Part shown: piece by piece, positions 25,555 to 38,296 of the stretch | Position numbering within the stretch: the stretch's first letter is position 1 | Layout of the letters: each line of letters starts with the position of its first letter | Source of the DNA: Kondoa subrosea | Taxonomy: Eukaryota | NCBI GenBank assembly: GCA_039545335.1 | Contig: BCIN01000001.1 | Location: 3,723,136 to 3,787,135, forward strand | Direction of reading: 5' to 3' | DNA: 64,000 nt | Made by a program: the position numbers and the translations under genes | The notes under the pieces: model-generated | Databases searched by the model: none | Told to the model about the DNA's origin: nothing | What the model saw: only the letters and a program-made list of their open reading frames with translations

Positions 25555-28315
25555 TTATTGTAGAGTTGGACTGGCTGTCAGCGACACTCGGCGAAGTAAT
25601 TTAGAAGTCCAACCGTCTGCTGGCGATGCCGTTCTTGCAGGTGGAGTCGCAGTGCCTTGTTCATCTTGACGAATACTATTGCTGGTTTGCGAGCCATAAG
25701 ACGATTCTCTTCTTCGAACAGACGGCCTTCTTGTCATTTCCGTGTAACCGCTTGCTTTGCCCTGATTCAGCTTGTCTAGAGCTTCTTTGTCTCGAGCAGC
25801 TTCGGCTTCCATTCTCGCTGCAGCCGATAAATTAGAGTCATTTAGACGAGGGCTAGTACTGTCAAAAGTAGGAATATAAGCGAGAGAACCAGGATTGGGA
25901 CTTCCGTTGACAGATATGCGGCGATTAGCCTTGACTATCTGGCTGCGAGAAGCGGCTTCAATAGGTTCGTCCTCTTCTTGTATCGGATCAGGTGATATGC
26001 TCCTTGCTGCTGCTTGATGAAGAGAAGGAGATCCACTTTGATCGTAGCCGAGCAACTGCATCTCAGCTTTGAGTCTAGCCCTAGTCTTCATATCTTCTTC
26101 ATCTTCATCAGTATACGAATGCCCAGATGCAGGCATAGAAGACGCAAGAAGCATAGGCTTGAGATTCGGCTGAGGAGGGGGCGACTTAGCCCCGCTTCCC
26201 CACAGAGAAGCTATAGCTGAGAGGGAAAGACGATTTGTTTTACGCTTCTCGTCGGGTTGCGCGACTGCTGTCGAAGTAAAAGAGGGAGCAGGTTGAGAGG
26301 CTGACAGATCAAGACTTGCGCGACGGAACATTGAACCCGCTTTGGGTGTTGGTTGAGAAGATGTGACTGTCGAGGCTATTGGTTGTGCTTTGGGTGTACG
26401 TGTGTGCTCTGGAAAAGTCGACAGCTCTCCGCCAAGGTCAGGTGTATTAGAATTGGATTTATGGTAGTCAGTCGCAAGAACCTATAAGCAGTAATGAGTT
26501 TCACTATCTGGACAAAAGATACGCGAAATTCACCTTCTCGAAGCCTTCGTGAGCAATGACGCGCTCGACAATCTTTGCAATATAGAGTGATAGTGCCTTG
26601 TTTGCGTCTCGCAAAGCCTTGACTTCCGCTCGCAGATCTTAACGGCGTACATTCAGCAGGATCCACTGATTTTTGGCGAATAGTGACTTACTATCCTCAC
26701 TCATACCCATATAAGAAGCTGTACTTGATTCTCTACCATGTTGAGCTCTCTTCATTCTGAGCTGCTCGTCTTCCGCCTCATCGGCAATGTCATCATCCGC
26801 TCTGTCCAGTTCCGCAGCTAAATCAATGCCAACAGTAGATACTTTGTTTCCAGCAGCAGGTCTAGCATGTTTTCTTCTTCTCTGACCTGTCGTATCCGCT
26901 GCAACTGCACCGCTATCCAAAGTACCTCGACCGGACGATTCCAAATAACCTGAATCTGCTTCTTCTTCAACACCGTCTTCTTCCAAAACGCCTAGCAGAG
27001 GTGAAGAAGGATAGGTATTGCGTCTCGATAGGTCAGGGGAAGAGCGAGCAGAAGATTCATGATCCCAAGTTTGACCAAATATGCCTTGACCTAGAATAGC
27101 TCCGGAAAGAGTTCGTTCGCCCAAAAGGAGTTGAAAGGAATCGCTTTCGTCTATAAGATTAGCGTTGATGCGTTTCAATTCAGCTAATTCGTCATTGAGA
27201 AGATTAGTTCGCCGGAGAAGTTCATGATTGGAAGATTGCAGAGCGTCACGATCTTGTTGAACCATATTGAGAGTAGATTGGAGTTCACTGATTTCCTCTA
27301 TAGAGGAAGAGAAGTCCATTCGAGGTGAAGAAGGATAAGCTGGTACAAGAGTCACTGTAGGTTCAGCATCGGATGCTAATTCTTCATTATCTGAGTCACT
27401 AGGAGCTGTCTCCGCTTCAGAAGAGCTTTCATATTCCTCGGTAGGTCCAAGTCGAGCAGGACGGTTCTTTGACTTGGTGACCTCTTCTCTTTCGACTACA
27501 GAAGATTGACCAGAAGTGAGCTTCTCTATCCTTTGCTTCAGTCTTGTTTCTGTTTCTTGCCATAATTTGCGTTCTTTGTCTAAAGCAGCAATCTAGAGAA
27601 TGCAAATCAGTCATTGGTACGACCATTGCCTTCAAGATTGCTTGTCTACCTCATCAATGTTCCTCTTTTCCCCTTCTCGCGCCTGCTTTTCCATTTCAGA
27701 TACTTGAGCTCGATACTTATCTGAAGCAGCATAAGCGTTTGCTAGTTCAGACTCCATTCTTGCTTGATCTGAATGAGCGTCTTGTAATTTCGCTTCAGCG
27801 AGTTCCATATCTTTAAGTGTATGATTATGCGTAGTTGTCAATTCTTCCAGATTATGATTCGCTAATTGCAGATTTGACAAAGTCTTTTCAACAAGAATAA
27901 TTGAATGAGCAGGGTTCGCTTTTCACGATATTGACAACTCAATTGAGCTCACCTCATTATGTTCAGCTTTCGATCTTCTCAAAGCCGCAATCAGAACTTC
28001 TCTTGAGCTCCGTGTATATGCTTCAGAATCATCCTCGTCTTCCATGTTTATGCTGTCCAAGCTTTGATCCCCTCTCTTGGTTGATTCTTTAGCTGCTGCG
28101 TTAGATTTGGTTCGTCCAGGAGGTGCAGGTTTCCGATTGACAGCTAAAGAAGGACTGGGACTAGCAGAAGTAGCTCTGTAGGAAGTCTTGCCTGTTGAAC
28201 TCATCTTGCTGTGACTGCTTGAAGCGTTGCTTGTCCTTGATGAGACTGGTGATGATCCAGACAGGGATGAGGAGATAGAGGAGCGGCGAGAGCTTGGTGT
28301 AGAAATCACAGACAT
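25555..28315 (-). CDS. Coiled-coil protein with FIP-RBD (Rab11-binding)-like segment
   Basis: Ser-rich N-terminus and long coiled coil; LIDESDSFQLLLGERTLSG; spliced LRAEVKALRDANKALSLYIAKIVERVIAHEGFEKVL. Confidence 0.7.
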
Positions 28316-28741
28316 AGAAAAGAGCTTGTGCTCCAAGATGGAAGCTTTTCAAAACACGAAGCGATAGAGAGGCCAAGCGAGGCTAGTATCAAGCGAGTGG
28401 TATAATAATGTGCTCGACTACGCTCTAGCAGCTGCTGCAGAGGCTTCGAGCGATTCGAGGTCAGGGTCCAAAAACAACAAAGGTTTCCCATTTCGCGACG
28501 GTGCTGGAGCTGCTCATATCAACGAGTCGCAGCAATTGAAGCAGACATGCAGGCTATTACAACCGTTCAGTCATCACAAAGGTCTCATGCGCGTTACAAT
28601 CTTTGGTCTCAGGACACCAGCAAAAGGTCAATGATTCTGCTCAATAAACTGCCCTCCATTCGCTGCCAGCGCTTCTTGGATAGTCTTTCAACTCATGCGG
28701 CATATATGTACAATGAATATTACACATTCATGAGTTTGACT

Positions 28742-30335
28742 CTAGCTTCTGAAATCAGATGCTGTATCCGCCGTTAGCTATCTTTCGCGATATCGAGATA
28801 AGACACTCACAGACAAGCAGCCTTTGCTTCTCCAATGCTTCTGAAAGCGCCGCACTTGACGGTCTGTTGAGAATAATAGAAAGTGGACAGTCTTTCGCTA
28901 CTCAAGGGGTCAATAGAGCACTTTCAACTGCAAACATGACATACTCCATGTATTCCGATAATTCGACAATTTGCCGATGTCATTGTCGATCATCACATGC
29001 GGAATTCCTAGAATCAGAGACACGATGTGTCCTATTCTACGGTTTCAGCAATACGTTTCGGTCTCAAGAGTACAAGACTCACCATGTAGCCGATCCAGCA
29101 TCACAATCTCACCGCTTGCAAGCCACCGTGCCCCTTGCATGAATCTGAGCCAGGCTGCTTGTCTGTATTCACTCTTGCCCAAAATCATGTCAGGCGCCAA
29201 GTCGAAATCAGTCCAATCTCCGTGCGCAATTGCACTGGCGTTCCAAGAAGGTCCCATTTGCTTCAGTAAACCGGAAAAGTAGGCTTCTGAATCGCCACCA
29301 GCCCAACTGCTCCAATCTGTCTTCTCTGCATCGCCTCGTTCGAAGACCAGAAGATCGTTGGCGGGTTTACCAAAGCGTTTCAATAGTTCTGGCCTGTTTC
29401 TGCAGCAGAAGCTTGTTAAGTCTCGGAGCAAACCGAGATCTGAGTGATAAGCGCACCCAAGAGCAAAGACAGTGTCCGGTAACATTGTTACTTTGGTTTC
29501 CAGAGGTGCAATATGTTCTTGAGCAAACTTCAGCGACGGTATATCTCGCACAGCAATTTGCATGTCGGTTGCTCGCTTGACCTGGTCTAGAAATTCCGAA
29601 ATAGGTGTACCTGGACCAAGGGATTTGTCGACGAAGTGAATACTTTGCGGAAACCAGCGAATAGCTACTTTGGTACCGAAATCTCTGAGGACTGCCATCT
29701 TCAACTCTTGCTCAGCCGGATATAAATCTCCTAAATTTCCACCGCCAGTAATGACTATAGCCGCGCGACCTAGTGAAATCATATATTCGATGCTTGATGG
29801 CCGGTAATCGTGCATTCCAGAAGCGACGTAGTCCACACCAATGCCCAAAGAGGCCAAAACGAGTTCTTCCGCGCACCAAATCGCGCTATCTCCTAGATGC
29901 TTGACATCAGCAATAAATTCGCTTGTACGCGAAGGCAAAGTACCTTTGTTTGCGTGATTCGCTGGGATCACACAGTCAGAGCAACGTCGTGGGTCCCAAT
30001 GCATTGGACTCACGGTAACCAATCAGAGCGACTCTCTGTACTCCCTTCAAAGCATCCGCATAATGGTCGAAAAGAAGGGCTCTGTGGCTTTCGACCAGAT
30101 TCCGGCAGGTTTGGGAAGCGAGTCGATTCGCAGACAAGTTCGCCTTATCGTGCTGCCCAGAACTTGACATTTTCTGATATAAGAATCGCGAAGAAGACTC
30201 CTGATTCCTTGGATAGATAGGTGCAAATCTTCCTAACACCAGCCCGAGAAGAAGAACGAGCAATAGAGCATTTCGGCGCGCAATGCCGTGACTGCTTGAA
30301 ACCGCACCTTTGATGCAAGAGAGATCTGAAGACAT
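28742..30335 (-). CDS. Polysaccharide pyruvyltransferase (Pvg1-like), copy 1, type II membrane protein
   Basis: N-terminal anchor RRNALLLVLLLGLVLG. Spliced ALIGYPNHANKGDSAIWCAE, GGGNLGDLYP, FPQSIHF, VRD, LPDTVF, and DRLHGHIVSLILGIPHVMIDNDIGKLSNYRNTW. Confidence 0.9.
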
Positions 30336-30871
30336 TTAATGAAATAAGCGTTACAGGACAACAGGGCCATGAGCGACGCGCAGGCAAAATCGTGAAACTC
30401 AAAAGATCCGAAAGGTCCACGGTGCGGGAGATAACAACATTTCGGTTTTTCGGCCGCCTGCTTGGCATTGCATCGTCGATCGCGTCAAGATCTGTTGCCG
30501 CCTGTCAGCTATCCGCAGTAAACACGCCCCAGCAACGAGCCACTTACTGGTGATAGACACGCTTTCACTGCATCCGAGCATGACATCAACTGTTTGTCCA
30601 TTCAGTACTTCCTAATGGTTTGAATGTCAAGCGGTTCTATGCTGGTCACCCTTTTCAACTTGTCAAGAAAGCCACACTCAAAGTCATATCGGCGCATACG
30701 TTCTTTCGACGACATGCGTGTCGCTTACGCTCTTCCTTTCCGTTCGGCAAGCGCATGCAGGTGAACATGACTGTAGGGAAGCGGCGGAAGCAGACACACA
30801 GGCTACAACCAGCCGTCCAATGCATCATGACGGTATTATGCGCATGCAATCTTGGGCAGAATGATAGAAGG

Positions 30872-31992
30872 TCAATTCTGCTCGATAATCTGTACTCCAT
30901 TCGCTGCGAGCGCTTCTTGGAAAGCTTTAATGATAGCAGGACTGCATCGCGGAGTCAACACGGCGATCTTTCTTCGACATAAGGGGAGAAACTCACTCCC
31001 TCTTGACATCAATGTATGCAAGCACGCGCGCGGCAACATCGGCGTGATTGATTTGTGACCAGGTGTTGAAGTCAATCATACTCTTGTTCCGAAGACTGTC
31101 ATAGATCACATCTTCTACGGGTTGAAGGTAGCCTGCTACCGCTTGTCTAGTTTGACCAGGAAAAATTACTTCAAACCAGTCTCTGTAGAAATGGACGATC
31201 GTAATCAGTCTGGACTGATAATAAGAACTCGACATCACTCACTGTTTCAAAGTGAAGATAGAAAGTGCTGTACCAAACAATGTTCTCTCACTTGAACTGC
31301 GAGCCGAATCTAGAGAAGCCTGAACGGTCGCGTCAGTTTTGTGCATAGTTCACGAATAAGACACAGCATACATGCTTGAGCGAGATCTCCAAAGCTCTAA
31401 TGGATTTCTGATCCCTTGCATCGTCCAATCGGAACAATTCTGCAACAGCTCCTCTAGTCTGGACCGTCCTTCTCAAATACCCATCCATAGTATCTTGATC
31501 TACTAAACAAGCTTTCTCATCCGCTTTCCAAGCCGAAATACTCATTTCTTCTGCGTTTGGCAAATGTTCTTTACTTGCCAGAAACTGATCAGAGAAGGAA
31601 GAAAGCAAATTGGACAGCTGATGTTGATGAGGATGGAATTGTTGAATCAAGTGTAGTTCAACATTGTCTCTCTGCTGTTCGTCTAACAGAGTTTGATACT
31701 TTGCTTTCAATTCAGTTAAGCGATGTTCCAGGCCAAGAATGTCTAAAGCAGTCGGTGGGATGGAGCAGAGGTCTTCGAAAGCTTTGCACAGGTAGCTACG
31801 CATAGAAGAGACTTGTTCTTCGTGTCGAGGCATTCGAGGTAGACTGCGAAAGATGAAATCAGCACTGTACGCATACGTATGACATCGAGCTCACTTGATC
31901 ATACTCTTGAGAAGCTCAAAGCTAGGCTGCAAAGGAGCTGGAGGTGCTAAACTTAGCAGGGAAAGGTTTGGCGAGCGAGGCATGGAAGACAT
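30872..31992 (-). CDS. Hypothetical helical protein (spliced)
   Basis: ORFs 31333-31833, 30993-31238 and 30872-31075 are joined by GT..AG introns into one frame (MSSMPRSPNL...QDWFEVIFPG...PAIIKAFQEALAANGVQIIEQN*). No family recognised. Confidence 0.55.
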
Positions 31993-32278
31993 TATTGGGG
32001 TCAAAAGGCTCGCAAGTACACTGCGAACGATTTGTAACGCCAGTATAGTGGTTGTTAAAGGTCAGAGCAACAGGCAGGATAGAAGGCGTGCAGTAAAGCC
32101 AGCAAGATGGAACATTCCAATATTTGCTAATAGATGACATCCTCTCTCAAACGATGTGGACTGGAAGGGAGAACGGAATCCTGAGTCAGATGTAGTCCTC
32201 TATGCCGGGTCAGCATGCTGACGATAAATAGTGATCAAGGTCAAAGTCAACAGCAACCCATTGCAATGAGATTGCATT

Positions 32279-34714
32279 TCAGCCAGCCAGCGGCAACCCA
32301 CAAACATCACAGTCCGTAGCTCCTGGAGCATTCTCGAAAGTACAATGCGGGCAAGCCTTCATCCCCCCTGCGCCAGCAGAAGGCGTAGCCGATCCTGAAC
32401 CTGCTGCGCTAGGTTGATCCATTGACATCTCGTTGAGTAGTTCAGGTGGGATCTCTTCAAACCCATCGTTCCTGTTGGAAGCAACTGTTTTCGAGGCTGT
32501 CAAGGGAAATCGACAAATCAGAATAAAACCTGAAAAGCAGCTCGATTGGCCTAACCTGCTGCCTCCTCTGCGAACGTGACCATCGTCTGCCACCCTGAAG
32601 AGTTCGTAAGCTTCCTTACTGTTTTTGCAAGTACGTCATCTTCCGCTTTAGATGCCAGAGCAACATTGAGGAAAGCCTTGAAATCGCTCTGTCCATCGAG
32701 GCACTCCCAATTAGTATCATACTAGCTAGATGCTCCCATGACGTACCTCTTCAATCAGACCACCAACCATTTCCATTCTAATGAACGAAAGCAAATGCCA
32801 ATCCGAACACCAAGCTGCTAGTTCTCGATAAGCTTCCAGATCGCTTTGCTTTCCTTTGCCCTTCGAAGTGATCTCTATTCCCTCCGATTCGAAAGTAGAG
32901 GAAGAAGAAGGTAGTTTGGCATTGAGTTCGCCAACTCGTTTAAGGACAGCTTCGGGTTTCTGATCTTGGAAGCCTTGCCGATTTTCTATGGTAAACGGAG
33001 TACTGGATGAGGCTGAAGCGAAGAAAGGTGACGATACATCAGGGAAACCATGTGTTAACTTGATCAGACATCAGCTCGCTCTCGTCGATATTAAGAGGGC
33101 AGACAAACCGAAACTAGAAGGTAGTCAACAGGGAAGCAAGGTTTCGCGCTCTCCTTGACCATAATCCCATAATCATTTTTGTACCGATAAAAGACATCCG
33201 GAACATAGCGTTTGACCAAAGGCTTCACACCACTTTCATGTTGATCCATAGGTGGATCGTCTTCCTTCTTCACTCGTACTACTCCAGGATTGACACTCGC
33301 TTCTATCAGATCAGCTGAAGTGAGTGCCAGAGCTTGATCTGAAGCTTGATAGGCTTTCACTTCAATTTCTCCCTTTTCATTCCCGGTGACCACACAGGTA
33401 ACGAATTTGGAAGAATATTTCCCAGATCTGCAGAATTTTGTAGGGTTCGGACGAAGTGACTGTAGTCGAGCGGAGAAAATGGTTTCGAGTGAGGAAAGGA
33501 AGAAAGAATCGGCATGTCTTTTACAGACGACCGCGCCAGCTTGTTTGGATTCCGTATCTTGTACAAGATCGGTATAGATTAGACCAACAATCCGAAGTCC
33601 ACACGACTGAGCCAAAGCTTCGACTTTCTCTAGATCTGGCCATTCCATATTCACTTCCAGTCCGTCTGTATCCCCATGCTGAGGTGGTTCGTGAATAGCT
33701 TCCACAACAGCTTTGACACCCATCGGTACTAGCTCGTAAGGTTCGTATCTTCCAATCAGGTAACCAAAACGTTGAGCACCACCATTCCTTCTCCAGAAGT
33801 CAATGAAAGAATCAATGATGCTGGATGTAGCATATTCAACGTGGTCTACCATTCGATACGATTGCAGTTGAAGAGTGATTGCTGAAGGCTGGCATTTGCT
33901 GCAAATGCTCGCTGGCCAAGAAGCATGAGCCCCAGATGGACAAGGAATCTTGACGCTGTAATCTAATTCCTCCAGAGGTGGAAGATAAGATGATTCGGAC
34001 CGCTTGTTGACGGAAGAATCAACTTTGCGCAGGTAGGAGTGGAAGGAGAGATGCTTGATCTTCTTTTCTGCTTGATATTTCTCGTCGAAAGGCTGTCAGG
34101 ACAAGTCCGGTGACAGTGAGCAACTATCATAGCACAAGTATTGCCTACCCACCTCTAGTGGCATACAGTAGTCACACATTGCTTTATCGCCATGCTTGCA
34201 GAAGTTCAGATCTTTTGACCGCGGTATCTTTCCATCTCTTGCTTCCCAGTATGTATCAACAGGATCTTCAATCACTGCTGCAGGCTTTGCGGAGCTACTC
34301 GATTGCTGCGGTACAGCTGCTGCACTCGTGGAAGGTGCTGGTTCGTCGACATCTATTGCTGTCGAATCCTGCCATGCTACAAAGACCAGATCTCCATGAC
34401 TGCATACACAGATATAAGCACTAATCCATTAACATTGCAGACTGAGGAAACTCGCCTTATGCCAAAGTTCGAGATGGGACCTTTGAGGCCAGCTACCAAT
34501 GTTTCACCACCTCTGGGCTGATTCGAGAAGGAGATAGATTCTCTAGCAGCATTAGGAGCTATCTCTTGCACCTGTTCACTGTGTATTAGCTTCTATAATT
34601 CGCCTGGCTGGACCTTCGAGCGCTCACAACTTTGTCAACCAAGGTCTGCAGATCATCTGTCGCTTCCACCTGATACCTGAATGTCCCTTCCTTGCATCTC
34701 ACTCGCACTAGCAT
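32279..34714 (-). CDS. NPL4: Nuclear protein localization protein 4 (Cdc48 cofactor) with C-terminal NZF zinc finger
   Basis: MLVRVRCKEG, CKHGDKAMCDYCMPLE, KHLSFHSYLRK, QRFGYLIGRY...AIHEPPQ, FLSSLE, FPVDYLLV, and CPHCTFEN..CDVCGLP. Confidence 0.97.
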
Positions 34715-34947
34715 TGCTCTACAGTCTGGGTATCAAGACTTGCGCTGGTGGTTCGTGTCAAACGATGACGCGGCATTACATTCGAGATGGATTTGCTTCT
34801 GCCACTTACTTCAGCTACAATTGCCGGTAGCACAGTGTTGATGCATCGCAGAGACTTTAGGGCCATGTGTGAAATGCAATTCTGTAATACATTTACAAAA
34901 CGAGAAATGTACATATCTAGGCAATGCATGATTATTATTACCGTCAT

Positions 34948-36541
34948 CTAGCTCCTGAAGTCCGGTGCTATGAAACTTCTGAGTCTGATATATGGGAATG
35001 GGAGAGAAAAACACTCACATATGAGCAACCTTTGTTTTTTAAGCGCTTCCGATATAGCTGACCGCGATGGCTTAACGATGACAGCCAGCGGACAATCTTT
35101 TGCTGTGCAATGATCGTATCAGTTCCTCAGAGCAAACTCCAATCTCAGAGACTTACTCCATGTATTTCGATAATTCGATAGTTTGCCAATTTCATTGTCG
35201 ATAATAACATGCGGTATACCCATGATAAGAGATAGAATATGCCCTGGATGCTTCATTAGCCAGTGACTGAGGAGAAAGAGAATTGCAACTTGCCGTGCAG
35301 ACGATCTAACAGCACGACTTCACCGCTCGCTAACCATCGGGCACCTTGCATGAATCTAAGCCAAGCTGCTTGCGCGTATTCGCTTTTCCCCAAGATCTCT
35401 TCTGGTTCAAGATCGAAATCTATCCAATCACCCGTCGAGACAGCGCTTGAATTCCAGGACGGTCCCATTTCTTTCAGCAAGCCGGAAAAGTAGGCTGCTA
35501 AGTCTTCTCCTGCCCATTGATCCCAGCTTGTTCTCTCTGCGTCAACTCTTCGGAAGACCAGGAGCTCATTTGCAGGTTTGCCGAAGCTCTTCAGTAGTTC
35601 TGGTTTATTCCTGACAAAACAATAGATTTGAGCTTCTCGTACGCAGACCAGAATGAGAGACGGATCCCACCCCATAGCAAACACAATATCCGGAGTCATG
35701 GTTACTTTCGTTCCAAGGGGTGCAATGTACTTTTTAGCAAACTTCAACGAAGGAATGTCTCGCACAGCAATTTGCATATCTTTGGCTCGTTTGACTTGCT
35801 CAAGGAAGTTCGACAGTGGTGCACCTGGATTGAGAGATTGATCGCCAAAATGTATGCTTTGCGGAAACCAGCGAACAGGCAGTTCAGTAGCGAAATCTTT
35901 CAGTACTTCCAATTTGAGACTTTGTTCTTCTGGATAGATGTCGCCTAGATTTCCACCTCCGTGAAACACAAGAGCAGCTCGACCCAAAGAAGCCATTTGG
36001 GTTATCTTGGATGGCTGATAGTCGTGCATACCAGAACACACGTAGTCGACGACAATGCCCAAACTCGCGAGAAGGATCTCTTCGGCGCACCAGATCGCGC
36101 TGTCTCCTGTATCTTGGAGTCAGCACCAGTGTCGAAACAGAAAAAAATGGAAAGTGCCTTTATTCGCATGATCGGCTACAAGGACACGGATAAGCGATTG
36201 ATCGCACAATGTTTTGACAACTCACGATAACCAATTAGAGCGACCCGTTGGACTCCCTTAAATGCCTCCGCAAAGTGATTGTACAGAAGCGCTCTCTGGC
36301 TGTCTACAACATTTCGACATCGCTCCGATGCTGATGGGACCGACGCCAGGTCCGTCCGATATAGAGCTGAACTAGCTGTTCCTTTGTATAAAGACCGTAT
36401 AGCAGATCCATCTTCTCCAATAGGCCAAGGTGCAAATCGTCCGAGTAAAAGTCCAGCGAGCACGAGCAGGATAGCGTTTCGACGCGTTATTCCGTGACTG
36501 CTTGACACAGCACTCTTCATCCAAGCCATTGACGACGACAT
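34948..36541 (-). CDS. Polysaccharide pyruvyltransferase (Pvg1-like), copy 2, type II membrane protein
   Basis: N-terminal anchor RRNAILLVLAGLLLG. Spliced PDHANKGDSAIWCAE, HGGGNLGDIYP, FPQSIHF, VRD, TPDIVF, and DRLHGHILSLIMGIPHVIIDNEIGKLSNYRNTW. Same exon structure as copy 1. Confidence 0.9.
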
Positions 36542-36655
36542 TGTGGTTGATTCAAGACAAGAGCAGTATTCCAGTATTATGCCGACGCGTTCAGGTTCCG
36601 ACTCATGGAGATTTTTCTTGCTCTTGGCTTCCAACAGTCATCTCTAAATACAGCA

Positions 36656-38042
36656 ATGAGCCATCTTCTAGTGATAGGGACGCTCAGCGTACATCTGAGT
36701 GTTGCATCTGCTGTAAGTCTCATGTCGATCACAATTTGAAAAGAATGGAATCACGAGCGGCTTTGACAGGTTACGTTGCTGAACAAAGCGACGCTCAACC
36801 TTCTCTCAGCTCCTACTCTCCTACTCATCACTTCTGTCTCTATAACGCTCTTCATATTTCGCCTAGCAAGCGCGTTGGGGCTCGTTACTTTACCAAGCAG
36901 GACAACTTTTCAGGTCCGCAAGGAACGTGCTGTCTCGTTATCGTGCTCACGAGAGAAACAGGATATTCGCGCCCATGGTCTACTATCGTTCTTGCAAGTG
37001 GTATCCCTTACTTCGAAGACATTCTGTCTTAAAGTATGTTGACCATTTCTCCGAGGTCCACGTTACTAATCGGCAATGTCTTCAGCTCGTGGATGGTACG
37101 CGTAGCGCTCACGTTACCAGACAGTTGCTGATTGCTGCTCTCCAGCTTCCTTCTACCAAGTAGCGCGAAGTCTACTGTTGCCCTTCACAGTCGCCCTTTC
37201 CTACTTCATTCTTGGCTCAAGAACAACGTTAACAGCGAATTTGGGTCTTCTTGTCATCTGCAGTGGTTTCTTCTTTGGCGTATCGTTAGATAAAGTAGCG
37301 AACACGAGCGGGTCTGGCGTTCTTGCCGGAGTGCTTTCAAGTTTAGCAACAGCGCTATATGTAGTCATAATGAAGCGAACAACAACCAAAGCGAAGAGCG
37401 CAAGTCCGACAGAGAAGAGCAAGACAGGATCGGATTTCTGGGCCGTAGCTTACTACACCAATCTCATCTCGCTTTGCTTCTTGATCGTCCTACTCCCTTT
37501 TACCGGAGAATTAGGCTACTTCTTCTCCGCGAATGGTACAGTCAAGAGGGATTTTGTAGATGCATTCGTGAATAGTGGAAATTTAAGGAAGTATGGACAA
37601 TTGACCGCGTGGTCTGTAAGTTTATCCCTTCTCCTCAGAAAGGAGACACTCACGAGAATCGCTGCAGGGAATATGCTTTGCTGCGCTTCAAGTAGTCACG
37701 TTACTTCAAGTGAAATTGACTTCGCCGATAGCGTGAGATTGGAATGTTTTTCTCTGGGAAGGAGTTTTTGACTTTTCAAGCAGACACATGGTTTCAGCTG
37801 CTGTTCGAGGCATCTTCCAGACTGGTCTTTCGCTTCTTGTCTTCCCAGCCGAAGCAAAAGCATTTAGTCGATCTCGTCAAATCGGAACAATACTAATTGT
37901 GGTTGGAAGCGTGATCTATGCTTGGGACGAAGCGATAGGCAAAGCAAGCAAGAGTGCACCCAGAAAGGAGCAGCATGATCCGCTGACAGACAAGGAAGTT
38001 ATTATTCCATTGCTGGACGAGAAAGGCTCACACGGTGCTTAA
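36656..38042 (+). CDS. Nucleotide-sugar/TPT-family (SLC35, GDP-fucose-transporter-like) Golgi transporter
   Basis: Spliced TLLNKATL, TFCLKLVDASFYQVARSLLLPFTVALSYFIL, GVLAGVLSSLATALY, YYTN, LTSP..THMVSAAVRG, and GSVIYAW. About 10 TM segments. Confidence 0.88.
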
Positions 38043-38296
38043 TCACGTCTCATAGCCATCATCATTATTCCACAGTGCATTTATATACCATAGACGGTTT
38101 GCTCCATACAACTCATGCTGTCTTCATATAATCATCCATATTCAATTAGGCTGTGCAGTGTGACTTCAAGTCCAAGGGTTGTCCAATTCCACCGAGCATA
38201 CAAATACGCGTTGGGATCGACCTGGCCGCGCGCGTTGACACGGCAAGAAATCTCGACTTTTGCCCTCGACCGGTCTTTTTGACCTTAGCTTTAAAG

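Noticed and set aside
32279..32400. NZF zinc finger on Npl4 as a novelty
   Set aside because: Normal for Npl4 outside budding yeast.
36502..37032. 176-aa ORF over the transporter 5' end
   Set aside because: Alternative frame across exons and introns of the transporter; non-ATG start.
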